Shown here one piece after another: positions 42,409 through 57,491 of a stretch of DNA of 64,000 bases; the stretch's first letter is position 1, and each line of letters begins with the position of its first letter. Both the position numbers and the translations under genes were made by a program. The notes under the pieces are model-generated. The model did not search any database. It had not been told where the DNA came from and saw nothing but the letters and a program-made list of their open reading frames with translations. This DNA is from the human T2T-CHM13v2.0 reference genome, Homo sapiens: NCBI RefSeq assembly GCF_009914755.1, contig NC_060942.1, one strand, 5' to 3'.

Positions 42409-44079
42409 TTAATGGTGAAACATTTTGTTTTCACATACACGTAAATATATCTGTCAAATATGTCCATCACATCAGTAGATCTGTCAGATCAGTCAGATTT
42501 GAGCGTTTTTAACTACAGTTCTGACTCTCTTTCTTATGGGCATTTAGTATAATCACACTATGACCAAGATACCATGAAAAGAAATTAGAACATTTAACTG
42601 CTTGTGGAATTTCAAGATAAGTCATTAAATTATTTTTACAACTATTCTTTTTTTTACATAATTCTATAAATAGAGTTAACAATAATTGCATAAAACTATC
42701 TGGGCTAAACAGCCATGGATTGAAGATATCTCAAAGCAAGTTTTTAAACACGAAATTTAACCTTGCTACCAACAAATATTTATAAAGATCTTCATAGTAC
42801 TATGCCGGCTATTGTATAGAGATATTAAAGACATATATGAAACATTTCAGCCAACAAGAAGTTTTGAATATTTGTTGAAGAAATAATTTAAACTATTTCT
42901 TATAAAGCTACATTATTTACCCAATGGAACATGTAATTTCTATGTTATAAAAATCTTCCAGTGAAAATACTAATATAATTGTCCAGTACAACCAATTTTA
43001 TTTGAATTTCCGCAGTAATTTCTCAATATAACCTGTGTGAATTAGCCACACAATGCACTTTTTATAATGTAGAATTAGAGAACATATTTTTCCCATCTTC
43101 TAATGCAAATTTTTAAATCTACAATTTTTTTTACTCGTTTTCACAAATTTGAAGCTAAGCTTCCCAAATTTATTTCTCTTTTCCTGTAAATGGCTTTCTT
43201 ATTGTCTTTTTACATAATATTTATCAGATACTTATTTAAATGCTTGAATAAATATATAATGAATAAATTCACATGAATAAATAAATGAATGTTAATTTGT
43301 TTACATGTCAATGTTACAGGCAAATGGAACTGCTTAGTAACAACAAAGAAGATCTTTGTCTCTAAGAGGACGTTATGGATAAGAAAAATGAGTACTGCAG
43401 ACAATCTCTGTGAAGGGAGGCATTTTATACCACACAGGATATAGTGGATATACCGTATGCTCACTGTACCTCTGTTGTAGTGCCCAGTAATATGCTCGTA
43501 ATTCATACATGTGAGTGTGTATGTGAGTGTGTGTTTGTGTGTGTATTATGTAAGGCATAATTCTCATCTAGATTTTGTTTCTGCAGGTATCTCAGTGTTT
43601 GGCAGTGTTTGAAGTACCTCCCTTATCAAAAGTCCAGGGTCAATTCAGCTGGACCATACCATGGTAACAGAGCTAAGGGAAAATATCTCTCAGCTAAGGC
43701 TGTTGGAGATACAGAATCCAAGTCACTTGCAAAAATGGGCATCAATGGGAAACAAACATGCAATTAGCCTGAGAGAAGCCTAAATGCGCTGCCACACTAC
43801 CATGGAAGAAAGGCAGGAACAGTGTCCAAGAGACAGAAACAGACTGGAAATGCAGCACTAGAGAGATGAAATTAAGGTCAGTTGACGGAATAAAAGTGCA
43901 CATACGTAGAGCCATTGTAGGGAGAAATGGCAGCCTGTGGCTGGTTTTTACCCTTCGCTTAAGCAAAGTGAGGGAGAGGACCAATCCTGTTTAGGAAATC
44001 AGTGGCATTCTGGACTCTAAATAAATACCTCCTGGTTCAATGAATAATAAGTATAGGATCTCAGAGTAGCAAAATAATA

Positions 44080-44243
44080 GAAGACTTTAGAGAATCTAAT
44101 GTCATCATTTGTTTTCATAAATTGGTGAACAAAGAAAGGCTAAAATAGTCATCCAAAGTCACATAATCATTTAGTAGTTAAGTCGGAGCTGGGGTATGAC
44201 TAGACATTCCCAAACAGGCACTCAGTCCACACTCACATAGTGC
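44080..44243 (-). mobile_element. MIR fragment
   Basis: CATTTGTTTTCATAAATTGG..CCAAAGTCACATAATC..GGAGCTGGG. Confidence 0.55.
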
Positions 44244-44244
44244 T

Positions 44245-45745
<1,501 letters not shown>

Positions 45746-46392
45746 CTTATGGTACATATTTTGTAAAAGTGGCCTAAATACAATATTTTAAGAGAGCTTT
45801 AAGAAGTTTTGTATTTACTCCTGATATTTAAGGTATTATAAAATCACAGGAACTTTGGGTCAGAAAAGTTGGGCCTTCAACCTTAGTTTGGCACCTCTGG
45901 TGCATACTGCTGCCCACTATGTACTTATTTCCCCTCCTTCCCTTTCATAGAAGAGCTCAGATTTTCTTCTCACACAGTGGCTGAGAGAAAGGTGAGACCT
46001 TCACCAGTTTATGGAGTGCATTATGAATAGGTTAAGACACAGTTAAGATCACTGCCCTCTCCACAGAAATGACAGGCTTAGGAATGGGCATCTGAGGTAC
46101 ACTAGTATCATCAAGAGCCTGGCTCTGTTACTTTATCTACTCTCATTCCCATCGTTCCAGCTCAAAAAGGCTGCCTCCACATTAGGCAGTTCATCCTAGA
46201 GGCAGGGCAATATCCAGAGAAATCGCTTCCTGCTTAAGAGCAATGAACTCTTTCTCCCAAATCTCCAAACAGACATTCTATCATGTCTCAGATGCGTCCT
46301 ACAGCTGGAGTTCACCTTACAAGGACACTTCTTGGCATGAAAGGTAAAAAATGGTCTTATTGTATAAGCCAATGTGAGTCTCTTTTCCTTTA

Positions 46393-46791
<399 letters not shown>

Positions 46792-46896
46792 TCATCCCCT
46801 CCAATCTATTGTTTTTTTGTGAGAACAATCTATTGTTCCAAGTAAATGCATGTTTCAAAAAAAAGGAAATACTGATTTAAAAAAAAAACAAAACCC

Positions 46897-47452
46897 TGTA
46901 TTAGAATTCTCTAGAGGGACAGGACTAATAGGATAGATGTATATACGAAAGGGAGTTTATTAAGGAGTACTGACTCACACGATCACAAGGTGAACTCCCA
47001 CAATGAGCCATCTGCAAGCTGAGGAGCATGGAAGCCCCTCCAATTTCCAAACCTCAAAAGTAAGGAAGCCAACAGTGCAGCCTTCAGTCTTTGGTCAAGG
47101 GCCCAAGAGCCCCTGGAAACCTGCTGGTAAGCCACCCGACTCTTGATTAGGTCCAAGAGTCCTGAAGTACTTGGAGTTCGATGTTAGAGGGTAGGAAGCA
47201 TACAGCATGGGAGAAAGATGTAAGCCGAGAGACTCAGCCAGTATATTCCCTCCACATTAATCTGCCTCTTTTTATCCTAGCCAGGCTAGCAGCTGATTAG
47301 ATGGTGTCCATCCAGATTGAGGGTGGTTCTCCCTCTCCCAGTCCAGTGACTCAAATGTTAGTCTCTTTGCCAACACCCTCACAGACACACCCAGGATCGA
47401 TATGTCGCATCCTTCAATCCAATCAAGTTGACACTCAATATTAACTATCCCA
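46897..47452 (-). mobile_element. MLT2A2-like HERV-L solo LTR
   Basis: TGTATTAG..TTCTCTAGAGGGACAGGACTAATAGGATAGAT..GGGAGTTTATTAAGGAG; CCTCAAAAGTAAGGAAGCCAACAGTGCAGCCTTCAGTC; CATCCTTCAATCCAATCAAGTTGACACTCAATATTAAC. Confidence 0.9.
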
Positions 47453-49261
47453 AAACCAGAGGGCCCGAGGTGTTGGGGAAGCTCAAGAAAGGATAATTCT
47501 TTATGATTGTAGAACAAATGTGCTTCTGTAATTTAATAAGAAAAAAGGTGATTGGTTTCAAAATTATTTAAGTTTGAGAAGATTTACATGTAACACAATT
47601 TAAATCTGTACAATATAACATTTGGTTCCTCAGGTTTCTCTTTGGATATGTCCTTCAAGGCAACTGAAAAAGTTTCAGAGAGAATTCTAACTTACAAAGT
47701 TCCAGGTAACTTCACCTAATCTTTTGTTCTTAGTTTTGCTTTTGCACAGCTTGAGACTATACAAACTCTTTTGTGAGAGATTAAGGGAAACTTTTCCTTG
47801 TTGAGTATAAAGAATCTTTGGAACTGCACTTTTGAAATTGCTGCTGTCTCATTGATCCTGGAGTATTTTGACAGGCACTTTCATGATCTTTATTAAATAA
47901 ACCTTAGCATTTTCCTTTTCTTTCATAACTTTAAAAATGTGGATGTGTTACATATATATTTTTTATGTTTGTCTCTTTTCCAAAGAGGACAAAATAACTG
48001 AAAAACCAAAACATTAAAAATATGTGCATTGATAATCCAATTATATAACTTATTTTAAGCCAAAGTATGTAATATAAAGTCTTCAATCGTAATACTAAAC
48101 CATTAACTCATAAAAAAGTATCTAAATTATATTCAAATAAAAATATGATTCTTGCAAATGTTCTGTCTTCTCAACCGAGAGCCAACATACAAGTTAAAAG
48201 AATTAGTAAATCAAATTTGCAAAATTTTATGGCAAATAATCATTTTACCTTACTTAGGTATTTTCTCTAAGTTTCTGAAGAATGAATCCAAACTATTGCA
48301 TTTTATTAATATGCTTATGCTTGAAGCATATTTTCATTTAGAGTTTTAATAAGCCCTTATCCACAAATAAATAAGCTTTGTGAGTCTTTGTGAAACATAA
48401 AATGTTAGTACCTTTTTTCCATCTATTTAGGAAGTTAAAATTTTGCACATAGAATTGCCAAAATGTCATTCTCTGCATTGTCCAAACATGCAAAAGCTGA
48501 CTAGTGAACTTTCCTGTCTAGTAGTTTTGTATCTCACATACCTTCCACCAAATATGATACTGAAACAATGTTAATTATAAAAATATTGGTTATCAATTTA
48601 ATTTTAAAACATGGGACTTTTAGGACCTCACTAAAAGAAAAGTAAATCTATGAAAATTTTGATAGATTATTTTTGCCTAAAATACACAGACAGCTGTACA
48701 GGCTTGTGAGGTTTGCATGGGGAAAATGTTGGTTTGATTAAGGTACTTAAATTCTAGATTAGAGTAGTGATTCTTTTGACATTTCTTTTGTTAATGTGGG
48801 CAGGGTTCCACTAAAATTAAATGTGTATGCCATGGGTGTGTGGCTACACGAATGAAGGTGTGGACAGCTGTGTATCACTCCAAAAATTACAAATAAATAT
48901 CCTTTCCTGGACTGGTTCAACTAGAATTCATATCTGCTTCCGGTGAATTATTGTGTCATTATCTGTAGCACCTTTAAAACAGTTATAATCCAAAATTGTT
49001 CTTGTGTCTTACTTCCCCAAATAGAAAATTCAAGGAAGACAGAAAGTATATCTTATCTGTATTTCAATTCTAGACGCCACATAGAAAATCCATGAGCAAG
49101 ATATTGTTTTAGGCATAGTTGTCCCATGAATGAACACATGCAACATGATATTAAAAAATCATAAGAATGAGGCAAATTTATCTTTGTTTCAGCATAGATC
49201 TTAGACAGAAAGAATATAGGAAAAAAAGGAGAGAGAAGAACACTTTTTCAAGTGTATAAAA

Positions 49262-49570
49262 TGAGAAAATCAAATACTGCATATTCTCACTTATAAGTGG
49301 GAGCTAAACATTGGGTAGTTGTGGGTATAAAAATGACAACGGTAGAGATTGGGGATTACCAAAAGGTTATGGAGGGAGGGGGCAAGGGGTGAAAGACTAT
49401 GTGGTACTATTCTCAGTACCTGGGTGACAGGATCATTCATACCCCAAGCCTCAGCATCACGCAATATACCCAGGAAATAAACCTGCACATGTATTTTTGA
49501 ATCTAAAATATAAGTTGAAATATATATATATATAAAATATTATATATAATATATGTTATATATGTATGTA
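49262..49570 (+). mobile_element. L1PA15/16-like 3' end with TA-rich tail
   Basis: TTCTCACTTATAAGTGGGAGCTAAACATTGGGTA..TACCTGGGTGACAGGATCATTCATACCCCAAGCCTCAGCATCACGCAATATACCC. Confidence 0.88.
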
Positions 49571-51879
49571 ATGTGACTAGTTATAAAGTTTGGAACCTGT
49601 ACAATATTGATACAAAAAGAAACACTAGAATCCCAAATGGAATGGTTATCTTACTTTTTGGTTATCATGCTTGAAGGGGAAGATACATGCTTTTTTATTT
49701 TTACGATTAGTATACATGCTTTCGAAGAATAAACTTGATGCTAATTTTGTGCAAGTACTAAATAAAATACCTGCAGTGTTGTAATTCTAAGCAGCAGTCT
49801 TTTCATTTTACTTCCAAAACTGTCTAGCTTCTAAGAAACTAATAGAACTGGACAGTTTCAGGAGAAAGAATAATATCTTATTGTCTCATGTCCCCAAAGA
49901 CACCTGCTGAGCAATTTATCACAGTCCAAAGAGCTTGGCTATACTGTCTCATATTAAATGCAAGCATCTTATCTAAAGTGTGAGCCCCAGTGTGTTTAGT
50001 GAATTTGGTTTGAAAAACCACATATTTATTCAGACCTTTGTTTTAGTGTTAATCCCCTGCCTGACAGCATCTCAGATCTCTTGGTTAAATGGTCCTCTAC
50101 AAATGCCACCTTATACTAATTAAAATGAAAGATTTCAGCTACTGTTTATTTATTAATTCAACCAAGACTTCCTGTAAATAAAAAGAATCCAAGAGGGAGA
50201 AAGCTTATATTTGACTTGCAAATTACATCTGTAGAGTGTCAACTTTGTCCATGAAAATTAATGGTTTGTAATGTAGCTATTTATTTCCTCTTAGTTTACA
50301 TCATGTGTTATGAGTAAATTATAAACAAATAGTAACTTCATTGTAATTGCAAGTATAAAGCAGATAGCAAAAGGGAAAATTTTACTTGAATTTAAAAAAA
50401 GGCTTTTCATTTAGATCGGGGTTATTAATATAGCATATTTTTAATGAAGTGATTGCTTTCAGTTGGGTGAGATAGAAAGTCATTTCTAAGAAAAAGTGGA
50501 GATAAAAGGATTGCTGTACCCCGTTTGGTATCTTTAAAAATTTCAGAGATTTTTAATCGAAATAAAAGGTATGGAATTTTAGGGGTGCCAACTTCATTTT
50601 TTTTTCTTGCTACAAGGATCCGTTTTTGGATGAATATATCAAATTTATATATATAAATCATAATTTCTACTTTGATTTTATAAAATCCTAGTATAGCTCT
50701 TATCTACTCTCTCAATATGATATTGACTATTCCATTATAAATATTATGCTCAAGTGATGCTGAATGGACAGAAATTGAAAGTATTGATAAAAGAATCAGT
50801 ACCACATTCTTACAAGAAGATTGACTATATTCTCTCTATGTTGATGTAGGAATTTCTAGTTTTAGGGTTTCTCAGTTGACTCAACTACTGCTGCAGTGGC
50901 AGTATATCTCACCCAACTGAAAGTAACCCCGATCTAAATAAAACTAAATTAACTGCAGTGGCAGTAAATATTTACAAATCAGCACCTTTTCTCTCTCTAT
51001 TAATGTGACAAAGTTTTTCTAACTGTAGACATCCTAAAAGTATGCTCAATCAGAGCATTTTTGGTTTTTTATTTCTATTATTTTTTATTTTTACCAATTT
51101 TAAAAGTGTATTTGTGAAATTTTAATGAAAATATCTCTCTAAAACAAAGTGGCAAATTTTTACCACAACTCCCTCAATTCTACATATGAATTTATGAAGA
51201 CTAAACTCTCTTATTTCCCTTTCTATGTCCACATACTAAGAATGTGTCTTCATGGGAAAAGGCCAGTTACTTCCTGTAGTTGGTTTAAGGTAACAGTCAC
51301 ATAAGTTAAGGTGTCCTGTAGAGAATACAGGGAGGCCAGAATAAATGGAACTGGTGCATCGCTCTCTCTCTGTGACTTATTACCCAGGCTCAAGGATGTA
51401 ATAATGTCTCCGCTATATACTATAAACCAAGTGTTAAGATGTCTGGGGATTTTAAATGAGAAGCCCTACCAAACCTTGCTGTAGTACTCATTGTTAGTAA
51501 TACCCCATGATTTGGAAGACAAAGGTGGCAAAAGAAAAATCCCTGAGAAGGGGCAGTGGAAGAACCAGAGGGCAGGTGCTGCAGGTTACCTGACAACAAA
51601 AGCAATTGACCATCCATGTTAGAGAGATCCAATCTGCGAAAACAAACTGGGCTGACATTAGGGAAGAGATAAATATTGTTAAACTTTCTGTGCTTTTTCT
51701 TCTAATGTTTTCTCTAAGATTTAACAGTTCTCCAGGGTTTCTATAAAATCTCCTATTTCAAAACTTTTCTGATAAAAGCTAACTCCTATGCTGCATTTTT
51801 CTTCCCTTGCATAGCCTAAGAGACATTATCTAGAAAGGGATTTGTTTCTCCTACTCGACTAGTAATACTTTCTTTTACA

Positions 51880-52090
51880 AATACGTAGATAGCATGTGTT
51901 ACATGTCAGGCACTTGTCTGAGGGTTTTACAAATATCACTTATTTAATCTTCATAACACCCTATGAGGACAGTGCTATTATTATCTACCAATTTCCAAGG
52001 GAGGAAATTGAATCACAGGGGGCTTATGTAATTACCTGACATCTTACAGTTAGTGGGTGGCAAAGATGGGATTGGAAGGTAGGCTTCCAT
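51880..52090 (-). mobile_element. MIR SINE
   Basis: ATGTCAGGCACT..TTATTTAATCTTCATAACACCCTATGAGG..GAGGAAATTGAATCACAG. Confidence 0.8.
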
Positions 52091-52509
52091 TTATGATTTT
52101 TCTTTAGCTCCGGAAGAAACTGACCATTAAAGGTAAGTGTCCATTATAAATGAAAAATAATATCTGAAGAATCCCAATGGTGAGTGGTATTTTAATATTA
52201 TAAACAAAAGGTTCTTTGGGAAAATAGAATTACATAAAAATTCTTACCCTTTTTGCTTTTATGTTAAAAATTGCTTTTCAAGTTAACTACAAACAAATTT
52301 AAAAAGCAATAACATTTCAATTAGTAGCATTAATTTATGGTGATAAACTGAAGTTGCATTTTACAGAAAAAAAAAATTTTATCTGAAACCTGGTTTTACA
52401 TTTAAAGTTTACAAACATGAAAATCAGTAAAATAAATAGAATTAACATTTTGTTATAGGACTGAAATTAATGTCAAACTTTGTTTTACTAACTCAGAATA
52501 ATGGAACCT

Positions 52510-52660
52510 CATTATTATTATTGTAATTATAGCAATATTATTGTAATTATAGCAATGTTATTATTATTGTAATTATAGCAATATTATTGCTATAATTATT
52601 GTAATATTATTATTGCTGTAATAATAATACATTATTATTATTATTGTAATTGTAGCAATA
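52510..52660. repeat. AT-rich minisatellite (ATTATTGTAATTATAGCAAT units) with an internal perfect hairpin
   Basis: Directly visible. Confidence 0.88.
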
Positions 52661-53190
52661 CTAAGAGTAATTCTCAAAATTCAATTGTAATTAGGTATCA
52701 CATGATACACCTGTATAATTACCTTAACCTCTTGAAGTTTACCATTGTTTCTTTACAAACAATCCCTATCCAATAATAATGGGAATTCACAACTACAATT
52801 TAATATGTAATTTTAGTTTTTATTACTGCAAAACTGGTGAAAAATACTTAGATATGGAAATTATTTAGTTGTACAAATTATGTTATAACTAATCTAAACC
52901 ATTTTGGCATTGACTTGAATGTAAACTAAATTGCATTCCTATTTTTTATTTTTATTTTATCTTTAGCATTGAATGTTTGCCCTGAAAAATTCTTATTTAT
53001 GCAGCATGCTATGATAGCTTTTACCCTTCATTTGGTAGAAACCTTTATGTTATATTTTAAACTTATGTCTGTTTTTTTTTCCATCATCCTGAAACAATTA
53101 AAGTGGTAAATTACTCTATAATGTTGACATTTTTATGGTCTCAACTCAAAATTTCCATTTACATAAGAAAGTAAAGTCACATTTTATTAA

Positions 53191-53571
<381 letters not shown>

Positions 53572-53689
53572 TAATTCTTTAATTTTTGATGCTAGAAAAC
53601 GATGACAAAATATAAGCTAGACATGCTTAGTAACACATTAAAGTTTAAAAATTGTCCATCCACTTTTAGTATAACTGAGTAATTTCCTA

Positions 53690-54950
<1,261 letters not shown>

Positions 54951-55368
54951 ATCTACCTTTTCTCCAAATATTCTCTATAGGATAACTTTATGTGATTGTT
55001 ACCTTTAACCAAGTATAGACAGTATCTGGCCATTTCCCCTAAATATAATTAAATATTGGAGCAGGACTTTGAAAGGTAAATAAAAATTAAAAGATTATCT
55101 AAAATAAAGAATTCCAAATTTTAAGAAATAAAAAGTAGACAAAATAAACGGACAGTCCAGAAAATGGAAAAAAAATAATTCTTGATACAATTACAAGGGC
55201 AATTTAATAACATTTTAAAAGTTTGACAACATAGAAGATTTCGGAGAATGTAAAGCATTGAAACTTTCATGCACTATTCTTGTGCATATAAATGGATACA
55301 GTCATTTTGAAAAACAATTTGGAAATATGAAGTCAACTAAAATATTTTTATTCAAATGCAGATATATA

Positions 55369-55408
55369 TACACACACACACATACATGTACACACACACA
55401 CACACACA
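55369..55408. repeat. Interrupted (CA)n microsatellite
   Basis: Directly visible. Confidence 0.85.
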
Positions 55409-55769
55409 ATTATAGGTATATATTTATATACCTTAAAGAAATTCTGGCATTTTGGGCCTTAGTAAATAGAAATGATATCATTAATTTAAAAAGTTAAAAC
55501 AACAAAAATATCTATAAACAGAAGAAAAAAATAAATTTTGGTTCAGTTATGGAGAGGAATTTATACATGAATTAACTATAGCTACACAGTTTATTGTGAA
55601 TCTCCCAAAGCAACAGAGTAAAGCAAGATGTGGAAGAATAAATGCATTATGCTGTCAATCATAAAGATGGAGTATGCAAAATAATACCACTCATTGTTTC
55701 GGGGGGATACATGCATCATAGTAAAAATATAACAGCATGGAAATTATTATGATAAGCACAGTATTAAAG

Positions 55770-56321
55770 AAGGCAACATTTACTTTCAGTGAAATATATC
55801 TATCTGAAGTATATGTTAAGGAATTTTGACAAATGTACATATTCATGTAACTGCCTCTGTAATGTAATATAAAATATTTCCATTATGCCATAATATTTTC
55901 TATTGTTTTTACCTTGTCATTTTTCACCTCTTTGTATAACTATTTATTTCCATTAACAAAATAAAAATCAGTTTTTCTTGTACTTTTCTTGCACTTTATA
56001 TAAATGGAAATTTATAGTATCCACCCACTTAGACTGCCTTTTTTCACTCAACATATTATTTTGCATTTTGAAGGGAGTTTATATAAATATATAAGTATGT
56101 ATAAGTATAGGCATATATACTTATATATACATATTAGTATATATGAATATATACACTGATACAGATATATACTGATATATACTTATGTATATATAAGTAT
56201 ACCTACTTATACATAAGTATATTATACATAAGTATATATGAATAAATATACTTATATATAAGTATATTTGTATAATATATATACTGATAGTGATATATAC
56301 TGATATATACTTATGTATACT

Positions 56322-56370
<49 letters not shown>

Positions 56371-56588
56371 ATAACTCATTATTTCTCTGTTGCTGTATGG
56401 GAATCCACTGCACAAGTATACTGCATTTAAACATGTATTGTATTTGCTTGTTAATACACATTTATTTGATGCTGCATTCAATATTATGAATAAAAGTTCT
56501 GTGTACATCTTTGTAGAACTCATTTTTGGCACATGTTTGCATTTCTTTTTGATACAGACCTGGGAGAAAAGCTGTATCATAAAATAAT
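55770..56588 (-). mobile_element. L1MD/ME 3' end; continues as short stubs at 57460-57491 and 61035-61080
   Basis: AATTTTGACAAATGTACATATTCATGTAAC..TATATAAATGGAA..TTTCACTCAACAT..ATTATGAATAAAAGTTCTGTGTACATC. Confidence 0.7.
56080..56368. repeat. TA-rich low-complexity expansion ending in (AT)17
   Basis: Directly visible; internal repeats ATATACTGATATATACTTATGTATA. Confidence 0.9.
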
Positions 56589-56603
56589 ACAATAGTCCAT
56601 TCT

Positions 56604-56902
56604 TTTTTTTTTTTTTTTTTTGACTGAGTCTCGCTCTTTGGCCCAGGCCAGACTGCCAGTGGCGCTATCTCGGCTCACTTCAAGCTCCGCCTCCTGGGTT
56701 CACGCCATTCTCCTGCCTCAGCCTCCCGAGTAGCTGGGACTACAGTCACCTGCCACCACACCCGGCTAATTTTTTGTATTTTTAGTAGAGAAGGGGTTTC
56801 GCCGTGTTAGTCAGGATGGTCTCGATCTCCTGACCTCGTGATCTGCCCGCCTCGGCCTCCGAAAGTGCTGGGATTACAGGCGTGAGCCACCGTGCCCGGC
56901 CG
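56604..56902 (-). mobile_element. AluY (AluYe-like variant)
   Basis: AluY diagnostics plus sense GAGATAGCGCCACTG..CAGTC.GGCCTGGGC.AAAGAGCG; 15-bp TSD ACAATAGTCCATTCT at 56589-56603 and 56903-56917. Confidence 0.95.
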
Positions 56903-56903
56903 A

Positions 56904-57460
56904 CAATAGTCCATTCTTATCTGCAGTTTTGCTTTTCATGGTTTCAGTTATCCACAAACATGTTCCAAAAATGAATAATACCAGAAGTGTACAATTTATA
57001 AGTTTTAAATTGTATGGCATTCTGATAAACATGATGAAATGGCCACTGTATGTGTCTGTCCTTCCATGGATGAGAATTATCCTTTTGTTCAGCATATTCA
57101 GACTGTGCGTGTTACCTGGCCATTAATCACTTACTAGTGATAAAGAACTAGTATTCTTGGTTGTCAGATAGACTGACACACTGTTGTAGAGCTTGTGTTC
57201 AAGCCACCCTCATTTTACTTAATAATGGCCCCCAAAGTACAAGACCAGTGATGCTGGAATATTGTTATAACCGTTCTCTTTTATTATTTTTTATTATTTA
57301 TCTTTTATTATGCCAAAGTTATAAACCAAACTTTATTATATATATGTATGTATAGGAAAAAGGAAAACAGTATATGTAGAGTTGAGAGACAGCTGTGGTT
57401 TCAGGCATCCACTGTGGGTCTAGAAACATATTCCTGGCAGATAAGTAAAGTTGACTACAG
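56904..57460 (+). mobile_element. MER44 (Tigger7-derived)
   Basis: CAATAGTCCATTCTTATCTGCAGTTTTGCTTTTCATGGTTTCAGTTA..TTTCAGGCATCCACTG..CAGATAAG..GACTAC. Confidence 0.85.
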
Positions 57461-57491
57461 TGTATTTACCAGCATTAGAAAATTCCAGTTT

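Noticed and set aside
43581-43669. Possible exon after TTTTGTTTCTGCAG
   Set aside because: Good acceptor but weak donor (ATG|GTAACA); no coding signal.
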